Source: an uncultured bacterium
Lineage (GTDB): Bacteria; Hydrothermota; UBA3072
Assembly: GCA_964606065.1 (NCBI GenBank)
Contig: CAZSEX010000001.1
Span: 959-64,958 of the forward strand
Direction of reading: 5' to 3'
Length of the DNA: 64,000 nucleotides
Shown: positions 56,178 through 64,000 of the stretch, one piece after another
Layout of the letters: each line of letters starts with the position of its first letter
Numbering within the stretch: position 1 is the stretch's first letter
Made by a program: the position numbers and the translations under genes
Notes under the pieces: generated by a model
Databases searched by the model: none
The model's input: the letters and a program-made list of their open reading frames with translations, nothing else
What the model was told of the DNA's origin: nothing

Positions 56178-57650
56178 CTATCTAATAAGCATTAATCTTT
56201 TACTTGTACTCTGTTCCCTTTCTGTTTTTAAAACGCAGAAGTATACACCACTGGCAACAGGATTTCCGGAAGCGTCTTTTCCATCCCAGCTGGCAGAATG
56301 ACTGCCTGCCGACACCTCTCCGCTTACGAGATTTTTAACCCGTCTTCCCAGAATATTATAAATATCAATTGATATATTCTGTTTTCCCCCGAGAGTATAT
56401 TCTATGGAAATCTGTCTGTTGAACAGTAATGGATTGACATTTAAAAAAATCTCTTCCAGGGTTTGTTCTTCGATGCCGCTCCCCGGCCACTGGCTTATAT
56501 CGAACCGTGCTGCCCGAGTGGGATGATCCACATATATTATTCCGTAACTGTTTGTCGCTATGCGTTCAATCGCGGGTTTAACCCGGGGCTCTAACGAATA
56601 ATCGGTAAAATTAACAGCAGCGCTCCATGCCCCGGCAGGATAGCTCCTGTGTCTGTAAAGACCATTAAAGGTAGCCATTATAACCGCTCCGAATTCGTCT
56701 CCCTTCCTTGCCGTAATAGCACTCGCGCGCCGAAATCCCGCGCTAATCTCACCAAATAAAGAACCTTCATAATCCCAACTGGTTCCTCCGTCATAAGAAA
56801 CATAGCTTTTAACAGAATAATCGAATTCCGCCTGCCAATACGGATATAAAACCATAACAGTATCTCCGTACGCTCCTATAGAAGTTATTGAAAAACCGGA
56901 TAGGGTATATAAAACATCGGTTAACGGACCATAGTTGTAGCTCATAACAATACCTACCGCTTCTATATAAACACTATCATTGGTTCCTAAATAAGAACAC
57001 CACGCAAACCTGTTTCCGTATCCTTCGTTATAGCACGCATCGAGCCCTCTATCCGCGTTTGTGACACCAAGATCGAAGGTTCCCCAGGACGTCACCGTTT
57101 CTTTGGAATTGAAATATCTAAGTGAATTATTGTTCAGAATGGCAAAACAGTATAATCTTGCGGGAGACGAAGCATCCTGTTCGGATACAAGAGCTATTTC
57201 TTTCACATTCACTCCCGAGGAAAACACCGTGTCCGTACCGTAAGTATCATCCCAGCTGCCACTACCGGTATCGAATCTTCTTATAAGTGCCGCATTGCCG
57301 ATTGCGTAAGCAACATAAAAATAGTCGTTAAGAATAGCCGCATCAATATCGATAATACCAGGACCCACTAAACCGCCGGTTTTCTCAGTCCATGTTCTGC
57401 CGGTGTCAGAAGACACATATACGGTCCAATAATTATTTCCGCCTTCAGTATTTTTAAGAGCGGCGAACAGATTACCGTTTGAATAATCGACATCCAGAAT
57501 CACGGCATTTACGGAATCCCTGGCGCCGATTCGAATATCGCCATCCCATATTATCGAGGATAAAACAGGCTCTTTTCCTATGGCATCTTTTACAAACAAG
57601 ATAAAAGACAGCACTGAAAAACAAACCAAAAATAACACACCCCTCTTCAT
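56178..57650 (-). CDS. BNR/Asp-box repeat protein exported by T9SS. The start is moved to MKRGVLF, which has RBS agggggt.
   Basis: BNR motifs SSDTGRTW and SYDGGTSW. The C-terminal VYFCVLKTEREQSTSKRLMLIR is a T9SS CTD. Confidence 0.65.
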   Translation of the reverse strand: MKRGVLFLVCFSVLSFILFVKDAIGKEPVLSSIIWDGDIRIGARDSVNAVILDVDYSNGNLFAALKNTEGGNNYWTVYVSSDTGRTWTEKTGGLVGPGIIDIDAAILNDYFYVAYAIGNAALIRRFDTGSGSWDDTYGTDTVFSSGVNVKEIALVSEQDASSPARLYCFAILNNNSLRYFNSKETVTSWGTFDLGVTNADRGLDACYNEGYGNRFAWCSYLGTNDSVYIEAVGIVMSYNYGPLTDVLYTLSGFSITSIGAYGDTVMVLYPYWQAEFDYSVKSYVSYDGGTSWDYEGSLFGEISAGFRRASAITARKGDEFGAVIMATFNGLYRHRSYPAGAWSAAVNFTDYSLEPRVKPAIERIATNSYGIIYVDHPTRAARFDISQWPGSGIEEQTLEEIFLNVNPLLFNRQISIEYTLGGKQNISIDIYNILGRRVKNLVSGEVSAGSHSASWDGKDASGNPVASGVYFCVLKTEREQSTSKRLMLIR

Positions 57651-57841
57651 AATAAACCCCCTTTGTTTAAGAGATTGTAAAAATTTTGCGCCAGATGATT
57701 GAATACATATATCCAGCACAAGCCAAATTTATTTTTTGTCAAGATATTTTTGTGCGGTGCACTTGACATAAATGGTTTCGCTTTTCATATTATAGTGTTT
57801 AAATCTCTTTCTTTTAAAACCACAAAATTAAAGGAGGAAAA

Positions 57842-58375
57842 ATGAAACCACGGGGACCATTAATGATAGAACATCGTCTTATAGAAGAAATAATCGAGCT
57901 TATCAAAAAAGAGTCATCAAAAATAAGAAAAACCGGAAACATTGATCCATTATTTATAGATACAACAGTCGATTTTATACGAATTTACGCCGATAAAACA
58001 CATCACGGAAAAGAAGAAGATATTTTGTTTAGACAATGCGCTAAGAAAAAAATGTCGAAAGCCGACAAAAAAGTTATGAATGAATTAATAGAAGAACACA
58101 GATTCGGCAGGAAAATCGTTGGTGAACTCGTTGCTGCGAAAGAAGATTACATTAAAGGTAAAAAAACTTTGGATATAATCTTAGAAAAACTTGATATATT
58201 GGCCGATTTTTACCCCAAACATATAGAAAAAGAAGATAAAAATTTCTTTATTAATTCGGAAAAATATTTCAACGAGGATGAACTGCAGAATATGCTCAAC
58301 GAATTCCGGGAATTCGATAAAAGAATGATTCATGAAAAATATAAAATGGTAATCGAAGAATTAAAAAGAAAATAA
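57842..58375 (+). CDS. Hemerythrin-like (HHE cation-binding) domain protein.
   Basis: Motifs HHGKEEDILF and EEHRFGRK (H/E metal ligands), and RBS aaaggagg. Confidence 0.6.
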   Translation: MKPRGPLMIEHRLIEEIIELIKKESSKIRKTGNIDPLFIDTTVDFIRIYADKTHHGKEEDILFRQCAKKKMSKADKKVMNELIEEHRFGRKIVGELVAAKEDYIKGKKTLDIILEKLDILADFYPKHIEKEDKNFFINSEKYFNEDELQNMLNEFREFDKRMIHEKYKMVIEELKRK

Positions 58376-58444
58376 CCCCATCGTTTTACGCCTAAATTCA
58401 AAAAGACGTGGATTTCTTTGTGTCTGATGTATTTTGGATTTGTA

Positions 58445-59098
58445 TTATCTTAACTTTATAATCTTATTAAGATAACCTTTCCCTTCAACTTTTGCTATGC
58501 AAAAGTATATTCCATCCGGGACCTCACTCCCATCACTATTCCTTCTATTCCAGATGACAGAGTGTATTCCACTATCCTGAATACCATTGAAAAGAGTTCT
58601 GGTTAGTTGTCCGTCGGTGCTATATACCGACATATTAATATACTCCCGTGCTTTTATTTCATATGTAATTTTAATCTCTTCTGCGAATATATTCAGGGTA
58701 GTATTCTTAAATTTAAAGTCTGAAGAAGAATCGTTTCCATCTATCTTAATGCCTGTTTCTCCCACAATTATTAGTCCTATCATACCTAAATTGCAGTGAG
58801 GAATACAAAAGTAAGGGTACTCGGCTACAGAATCGAAAGCAAAAGAAAAGGAATTCCCCGGATTTATCAAACCCGAATCCCAGAAACCGTCAGGATTGCA
58901 ACTCGTCCCGCTTGTGGCTGTGTGAGCTACAGAACCGTTATTAACCCAAATAACAGTATCACCTGTTACAACAGAAAGAGTTTCCGGAACAAAGACATTC
59001 TCTATCATGCTTACTTCATGACTTGCGGCATAAGATGAATTAATACTCAATAAAAGAAAAGCCAGAAGAATTAACAATAATTTTCTCCGAAAAAACAT
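58445..59098 (-). CDS. Cupredoxin (type-1 blue copper protein, plastocyanin/pseudoazurin-like) carrying a T9SS C-terminal sorting domain.
   Basis: Copper ligand pattern H(TAT)...C(IP)H(CNLG)M. The C-terminal IYFCIAKVEGKGYLNKIIKLR is a T9SS CTD. It has a signal peptide. Confidence 0.6.
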   Translation of the reverse strand: MFFRRKLLLILLAFLLLSINSSYAASHEVSMIENVFVPETLSVVTGDTVIWVNNGSVAHTATSGTSCNPDGFWDSGLINPGNSFSFAFDSVAEYPYFCIPHCNLGMIGLIIVGETGIKIDGNDSSSDFKFKNTTLNIFAEEIKITYEIKAREYINMSVYSTDGQLTRTLFNGIQDSGIHSVIWNRRNSDGSEVPDGIYFCIAKVEGKGYLNKIIKLR

Positions 59099-59299
59099 TC
59101 TTACCTCCTTTTTTATAATTTAATTGTTAGTGAAGCCCTCTCTTCATGATGAGGGGTGAAATCATCCGCTCCGTCCAGGCCGTGAGCAAGTAAAATTTTA
59201 TAACTTTTTCCGATCTCTAACTTGTTTATCATGCTTATCTCCGTAATTTAATCGATAATATCATTATGGCGCTTCTGAACATACCCGTTTTTCCCTCCT

Positions 59300-60052
59300 T
59301 TAAATATTTATAAACCTGTAAATATTAAACCCGAAATGAAGAATGTTAGAAGAAGTACCCAGCATAGATCTTCTGCTTCCGATTTCTGTGTTATTCCCTA
59401 CCGAAAACATAAAAAGATGTCCGAAAGTTTCCGCCTTAATACCAAAGGCAAAAGTGTTCAACAGATTTTCCTCCTCTTCCAGCAAAGGAAAATATTCCGC
59501 TATAAGATGAATCCTCTGTATATAGTTAAAATCAAAATCAAATCCGATATCTATTCCAAATCCCAATCCGATTTTAGAATTCTCGGCATCATAACCTACG
59601 TTTAATGCCAGACTTATTAATTTCGGCAAAGGGTCACTCTGTATAGACAAAAGGTAAAAAAGATTTCTTACGTCTTCATCAATTATGAAATCGGTATAAT
59701 CGAAATATTCTATATCTATCTGGCTCCGTAAATATAGGGAATCAAATTCCACGGCATAACTGCTTCCAAGGGTGTATTCTTTATGCCCGACTTGATATCC
59801 GCCTTTAAATTCTAATTTGTTCCACATAAGATATCTTACGCTTAAACCTACATTGGCTCCGTAATCTATACCCAGATGATTCCCAATGGGATCATCCGTA
59901 ATGTCGCCATAAAATCTATGCCTTATTATAAAAGCCAGTTCATTTCTTTCCATCTGAGTCGGAACATTCAAATTAAGTAAATCGTTTTCGAGTGAATATA
60001 CCGCAGAAGAAACGAATAAAAACAATAGAAAAAATATTAATATTCTCCTCAT
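59300..60052 (-). CDS. Putative outer-membrane beta-barrel protein (hypothetical).
   Basis: Signal peptide, and alternating aromatic/hydrophobic beta-strand pattern. Confidence 0.35.
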   Translation of the reverse strand: MRRILIFFLLFLFVSSAVYSLENDLLNLNVPTQMERNELAFIIRHRFYGDITDDPIGNHLGIDYGANVGLSVRYLMWNKLEFKGGYQVGHKEYTLGSSYAVEFDSLYLRSQIDIEYFDYTDFIIDEDVRNLFYLLSIQSDPLPKLISLALNVGYDAENSKIGLGFGIDIGFDFDFNYIQRIHLIAEYFPLLEEEENLLNTFAFGIKAETFGHLFMFSVGNNTEIGSRRSMLGTSSNILHFGFNIYRFINI

Positions 60053-60232
60053 CTTACCTCCTCTTATAAATAAAAATTTTTTTATTATAAAAAAAAGACT
60101 TTATTTATAAGAAACCCGAAAAGGAGAATTACGCAAGAAAAAATTCATGAGTATCGAAATTTTGTGAGTCTTAACTTGACACTGTAATTTAGTTTCATAA
60201 ATTGAATCATATATAAACAAAGGAGATTTTAA

Positions 60233-60640
60233 ATGAACGCTGTAATCGATACCATTGTAGAAGGAAGGTCGGTTCTTTTCTATACGGATAAAAAAATTCC
60301 GAGAGATCAAATGAAAGCCGTACGAGAAAATATAGATTCGGAAGTAGAAGACCCTGTATACTATTCCGCGCCCGCGATTGTTTTCGTTATAGGCGGCGGA
60401 ATAACATCGGGTTTGGATGGCCTGACGATGTGTGAAAATATGATGATTGCCGCAAAATCTGTGGGTATCGGCAGCTGCCGGGTTTACTTCGGACAATTGG
60501 TACTGGACGATCCTGGAGTCAGAGAAAAACTCGAGATTAGAAAAGAGGAGAAAGTGTACGGTCCGATTCTTCTTGGGCACCCCCGAGAAAACTTGCCGGA
60601 GCGCGCTCCTAAAAAAGATCCTCTGGTTAAATGGATATAA
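60233..60640 (+). CDS. Short nitroreductase-family protein.
   Basis: CENMMIAAKSVGIGSCRV and YGPILLGHPRE resemble the nitroreductase C-terminal dimer-interface region. RBS aaaggag. Confidence 0.45.
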   Translation: MNAVIDTIVEGRSVLFYTDKKIPRDQMKAVRENIDSEVEDPVYYSAPAIVFVIGGGITSGLDGLTMCENMMIAAKSVGIGSCRVYFGQLVLDDPGVREKLEIRKEEKVYGPILLGHPRENLPERAPKKDPLVKWI

Positions 60641-60705
60641 TAGATCCTGCGGATCAGAGAATTGGTTAAATTGTTTAATGGTCAAATAAAGAAAGAGAGG
60701 TAAAA

Positions 60706-61401
60706 ATGAAAAAAATAGGTATTGTTGCCGGACTGGGTCCGGAGTCGACAGTCGATTATTACAAAGAGATAATTTCAGCGTTTAATACCCGATATAAAGA
60801 TCTGGCATACCCTGAAATGGTTATATATAGCGCTAACATTAACAAGCTGCTGGAATTCGTAAACTCAAAAAAATGGTCGGAATTCGCCGAATGGTTAGGA
60901 GAAAAAGTAAAATCCGTTTACCGTGCGGGCGCCGAATTCGCTGCTATTGCTTCTAATACACCCCATATTGTTTTTGAAGAAGTTAAGAAAAAATCTCCGA
61001 TACCCCTTCTGAGTATAGTGGAGGAAACATGTAAAGAAGCCGTGAGGCAACAAGCGAAAAGAATCGGTCTCTTGGGAACCAGGCTAACTATGGAATCAGA
61101 TTTTTATAAGGAGCATCTGAAAAATAACGGGATATCCGTAGTTATACCAACCGAAGGCGAACGCGAATTGATTCAGGAAAGGCTGTTTTCGGAAATCGAA
61201 TTAGGTATTTTTAAAGATTCCACAAGAGATGAACTGCTTGGAATCGTTAAAAGAATAATCGATGAGGAAAAAATAGATTCTTTGATTTTAGGCTGTACCG
61301 AATTACCTTTAATTTTGACTGAAAGTAAATACGGTATCCCATTTTTAAATACAACCGCGATACACTGTAAAAGTATTGTAAAATATTGTATTGAGGGATA
61401 A
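60706..61401 (+). CDS. Aspartate/glutamate/hydantoin racemase family protein.
   Basis: Motifs IGIVAGLGPEST and ILGCTELPLIL (the two catalytic Cys/Thr regions of the Asp racemase fold). Confidence 0.75.
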   Translation: MKKIGIVAGLGPESTVDYYKEIISAFNTRYKDLAYPEMVIYSANINKLLEFVNSKKWSEFAEWLGEKVKSVYRAGAEFAAIASNTPHIVFEEVKKKSPIPLLSIVEETCKEAVRQQAKRIGLLGTRLTMESDFYKEHLKNNGISVVIPTEGERELIQERLFSEIELGIFKDSTRDELLGIVKRIIDEEKIDSLILGCTELPLILTESKYGIPFLNTTAIHCKSIVKYCIEG

Positions 61402-61817
61402 CGCATATAAAAGAGACAAATTCTTCCTTCCTGAAGAAATTTCACCAGCGCTAAACCTGCAGAAATAAACACCCGAAGAGAACCCTTTCGCATTGCAAGG
61501 AACATTATATCCCCCCCCGTTGCGTTTTCTTGACCAGAATTTAAACTTTATTGCCCGGCACATAAGATTTTTTGAATCTATCTATAAATACTTGCCTACC
61601 CCCCAAAATTTTTACGTCAATACGCATAAAGTTAGTTATTGCAACGTATATGAGAAATTATATGCTGGGGAAAACTATTCTCGAACATTCGCAAAATCAG
61701 AGGAATTGCTGTTCGATAAAGACGCGGTCAATTTCCCCTGCTCGCCCGATGAAATAGCTGTTCAGCAAGTAGCGTCTTCTATTTCACCGGGCGAGGAAAT
61801 TGCCACTCGGCTCTCGG

Positions 61818-61868
61818 GCTTGTCCCGTGGAATAGAGAGACTACTTGCAGGACAAGCTATTCTACGGG
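61818..61868. repeat. Hairpin CCCGTGGAATAG...CTATTCTACGGG with a nested CTTGTCC/GGACAAG stem (first of a tandem pair).
   Basis: Inverted repeats read directly. Confidence 0.65.
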
Positions 61869-61916
61869 ATGAACTCCTCTTGAAATACAAGAATTTCAAG
61901 AGACCATGCCCGCCTG

Positions 61917-61963
61917 CCCCATGGAATAGAAGAGCTTCACGCTTGAGAAGCTATTCCATGGGG
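61917..61963. repeat. Hairpin CCCCATGGAATAGAAGAGCTTC...GAAGCTATTCCATGGGG (about 17-bp stem).
   Basis: Near-perfect inverted repeat of the same family as 4838-4884. Confidence 0.7.
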
Positions 61964-62096
61964 CGAGCCCTCCGAGACGCAAACCTTTCCAGCAACCCCT
62001 CTGATTTTTTATCCAGGGCATTATTAAAAAAAATGGGAGGTAGGCAATAACCTCTTTTACCTTGACAGAAAGAGAACAGCCATTTATTATCTCAGT

Positions 62097-62873
62097 ATGG
62101 TAATAATCAAAAGTTCAAAAGAAATCGAAGGAATCAGGGAGGCTTCAAAGATTCTTGCTGAAACCTTCGAATTCATAGACGAAATTATTAAAGCGGGAAT
62201 GAAAACAAAAAACCTGGATAGAAGGATAGATGAATTCATAGTAAAAAACAAAGCTGTTCCGGCTTTCAAAGGTTATAGAGGTTTCCCGGCTGCTTCCTGT
62301 ATATCGATAAACGAAGTCGTAATTCACGGGATTCCCGGTGAAAAATCGATAGAAGAAGGGGATGTTGTTGGTGTGGATGTGGGAGTAAAATATAAAGGTT
62401 TTTACAGCGACGCCGCCTACACCTTCGGAATAGGCAATTTAAAAGAGGAGGCGAAAAAACTAATCAGAGTCACAAAAACTGCGCTCTACAATGCGATTCA
62501 AGAAATAAAGATAAACAGTAGAATAGGAGACATATCGAATACGATTCAAAAAACAGCCGAAGATACCGGATATAATGTGGTGAAAGATTTTGTCGGTCAT
62601 GGAGTGGGGAAAAATCTGCATGAAGATCCGGCTGTACCTAATTTCGGGCAGAAAGGGGTGGGATTGAGGTTGAAAAACGGTATGACAATCGCTATAGAAC
62701 CCATGATAAATACCGGCACCCATAAAGTTAAAGTTCTAAAAGACGGCTGGACAGTGGTTACAGAAGACAAAGGCCTATCAGCTCATTTCGAACACACAGT
62801 ATTGATATCCGAAAACGGGTCAGAGATTTTAACAAAATCATCTTTATATGAGAAATTTAAGAAAGAACCTTGA
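62097..62873 (+). CDS. map: Methionine aminopeptidase, type I.
   Basis: Motifs HGIPG, VVGVDVGV.Y.G..SD and HFEHTVLI (the pita-bread fold metal ligands D,D,H,E,E). Confidence 0.85.
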   Translation: MVIIKSSKEIEGIREASKILAETFEFIDEIIKAGMKTKNLDRRIDEFIVKNKAVPAFKGYRGFPAASCISINEVVIHGIPGEKSIEEGDVVGVDVGVKYKGFYSDAAYTFGIGNLKEEAKKLIRVTKTALYNAIQEIKINSRIGDISNTIQKTAEDTGYNVVKDFVGHGVGKNLHEDPAVPNFGQKGVGLRLKNGMTIAIEPMINTGTHKVKVLKDGWTVVTEDKGLSAHFEHTVLISENGSEILTKSSLYEKFKKEP

Positions 62874-63996
62874 AAAAGTTGAAGAAAAAACTCTTGCTTC
62901 ATACGCGGTTTTTTCAGGTAAAAGCAAAGGAAGAGTTTATGAAGAACCCGCCCCGACATACCGAACTCATTTTATGCGGGACAGAGACAGAATCATTCAT
63001 TCTACCGCTTTCAGACGATTAGAATATAAAACGCAGGTTTTCGTAAACCATGAGGGGGATTATTACAGAACAAGATTGACGCACGCTCTCGAAGTTCAGC
63101 AAATAGCGAGGACTATCGCGAAAGCTCTCGGCTTAAACGAATCTCTTACAGAAGCGATAAGCCTGGCTCACGACATTGGACACACCCCTTTCGGTCACGC
63201 CGGAGAAGCCAAATTAAATGAACTCATGAAAGACCAGGGGGGATTTGAGCACAATGTCCAGGGTTTAAGAGTGGTAGATATTCTCGAGCATAGATACAGC
63301 GACTTTAGAGGATTGAACCTGTGTTACGAAACGAGAGAAGGGATAATAAAGCATGAAACCGACTATGATTCGCCTTCTCAGGTAAACGATGATTTTGATC
63401 CGGACTCCTCAGCTTCTCTGGAAGGACAAATTACCAGTGTCGCGGATGAAATAGCTTACAATGCGCATGATCTCGATGACGGCTTAAAGTCAAATTATAT
63501 AAAATTGGATCAATTAAAAGACGTTACTCTCTGGAACGAAATTTACGAGAAAACCAATCCGGAACTCGATTCACAGGAAAGAATATATATGGCTATAAGG
63601 AATTTTATCAAAATCGAAGTAAAAGATATAATAGAAACCTCACTGAACAATATAGTAAAAAACAGGATAAATTCAGTAAAAGATGTTTACTCGAACCTTC
63701 CTCTCGTTAAATTTTCGGATAAATTGATAAAACTAAACCGCGAATTAAAAAAATTCTTAATGGAAAATCTGTACCAGCACTACAAAGTTATAAAGATGCA
63801 GGAAAAATCCAAAAGAATAATCGAGGCTCTTTTCTCGATTTATTTAAAAGAAACCAATCAACTTCCGCCTCAATTTCAAAAAATGATATCGGAATTCGGC
63901 AAAGAAAGAGTAACATGTGATTATATAGCGGGAATGACAGACCGTTTCGCTCAATATGAATACGAAAGACTTTTTCTTCCGTTCAAGAAGATGTAA
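62848..63996 (+). CDS. dgt: dGTP triphosphohydrolase-like HD-domain protein.
   Basis: Motifs YRTRLTHALEVQQIAR and LAHDIGHTPFGH (HD motif), and a length of about 380 aa. Confidence 0.75.
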   Translation: MRNLRKNLEKVEEKTLASYAVFSGKSKGRVYEEPAPTYRTHFMRDRDRIIHSTAFRRLEYKTQVFVNHEGDYYRTRLTHALEVQQIARTIAKALGLNESLTEAISLAHDIGHTPFGHAGEAKLNELMKDQGGFEHNVQGLRVVDILEHRYSDFRGLNLCYETREGIIKHETDYDSPSQVNDDFDPDSSASLEGQITSVADEIAYNAHDLDDGLKSNYIKLDQLKDVTLWNEIYEKTNPELDSQERIYMAIRNFIKIEVKDIIETSLNNIVKNRINSVKDVYSNLPLVKFSDKLIKLNRELKKFLMENLYQHYKVIKMQEKSKRIIEALFSIYLKETNQLPPQFQKMISEFGKERVTCDYIAGMTDRFAQYEYERLFLPFKKM

Positions 63997-64000
63997 GATA

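Noticed and set aside
60101-60685. A 194-aa minus-strand ORF overlapping the nitroreductase-like gene.
   Set aside because: It is fully antisense to a plus-strand ORF that has an RBS and recognisable nitroreductase motifs. It has no RBS and an odd composition, so it is a likely shadow ORF.
61493-62050. A 185-aa plus-strand ORF between the racemase gene and map.
   Set aside because: It has no RBS, contains two hairpin-family repeats and a poly-C run, and has a Pro/Arg/Ser-rich composition unlike its neighbours. It is treated as a non-coding repeat/structured region.
1-64000. Searched by eye for tRNA (GTTCGAATC-type T-loops), rRNA, tmRNA, RNase P and CRISPR arrays (regularly spaced direct repeats).
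   Set aside because: None recognised. The repeats present are inverted hairpins or irregularly dispersed, and are not CRISPR-like.

Overview
This 64 kb window looks like chromosomal DNA from a low-GC, Gram-negative bacterium that uses type IX secretion (T9SS): three CDS end in a Por/T9SS C-terminal sorting domain. That suggests the Fibrobacteres-Chlorobi-Bacteroidetes (FCB) group or a related candidate phylum. All long ORFs read through under the standard genetic code. I could not recognise any rRNA, tRNA or CRISPR array.

Gene layout from left to right:
1. 1-11.3 kb, minus strand: an oligopeptide ABC importer (oppF, oppD, oppC, oppB) plus two OppA-like lipoprotein paralogs. Two VapBC/PIN toxin-antitoxin (TA) modules are inserted into this cluster, separated by long, repeat-rich spacers.
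2. 11.4-20.1 kb: ilvE, an MFS transporter with a poly-lysine tail, and a very large patatin-phospholipase/Omp85 fusion (a type Vd, PlpD-like architecture) whose true start is 132 nt downstream of the ORF-track start. A DUF2723 membrane protein follows.
3. 20.1-36 kb: an accessory island.
   - It carries at least six TA-like modules: a VapB-homolog pair with a novel partner, DUF433/DUF5615, an XRE-Panacea antitoxin with a RelE-like toxin, a frameshifted PIN, HepT/MNT, and one more.
   - It has two FosX/FosB-like VOC enzymes; the second copy lacks an ATG start.
   - It has two large TPR-membrane proteins, a pentapeptide-repeat protein fused to a K+ channel pore (TIGYGD), an orphan MotA/ExbB-like gene, a NUDIX hydrolase and a GNAT acetyltransferase.
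   - These are interleaved with several families of dispersed repeats. One of these is a ~200-275 bp element found in three copies whose end supplies a sigma70-like promoter, an RBS and a start codon to the adjacent gene.
4. 36-48 kb: a T9SS cargo protein, a small ferritin-like gene bracketed by ~125 bp direct repeats, and a complete MoxR-DUF58-BatABCDE aerotolerance operon.
5. 48-64 kb: an operon for a membrane protein, a PD40 beta-propeller lipoprotein with one CXXCH heme motif, and the system II cytochrome c maturation proteins ResB/CcsB and CcsA. These are followed by a chorismatase-like protein, MsrB, a BNR-repeat T9SS cargo protein, a hemerythrin, a T9SS-exported cupredoxin, a nitroreductase, an Asp/Glu racemase, methionine aminopeptidase and a dGTPase-like HD protein.

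The most unusual signals are in the non-coding DNA. There is a hairpin repeat family (CCCCATGRAATAG ... CTATTYCATGGGG), often in tandem pairs. There are mosaic 30-50 nt segments shared between distant intergenic regions. There are 9-bp periodic tandem motifs (CATGTAG and TTTGTG types). Repeated promoter-bearing elements sit in front of the accessory gene modules. All calls below rest on reading the sequence and motifs by eye; no database search was run.
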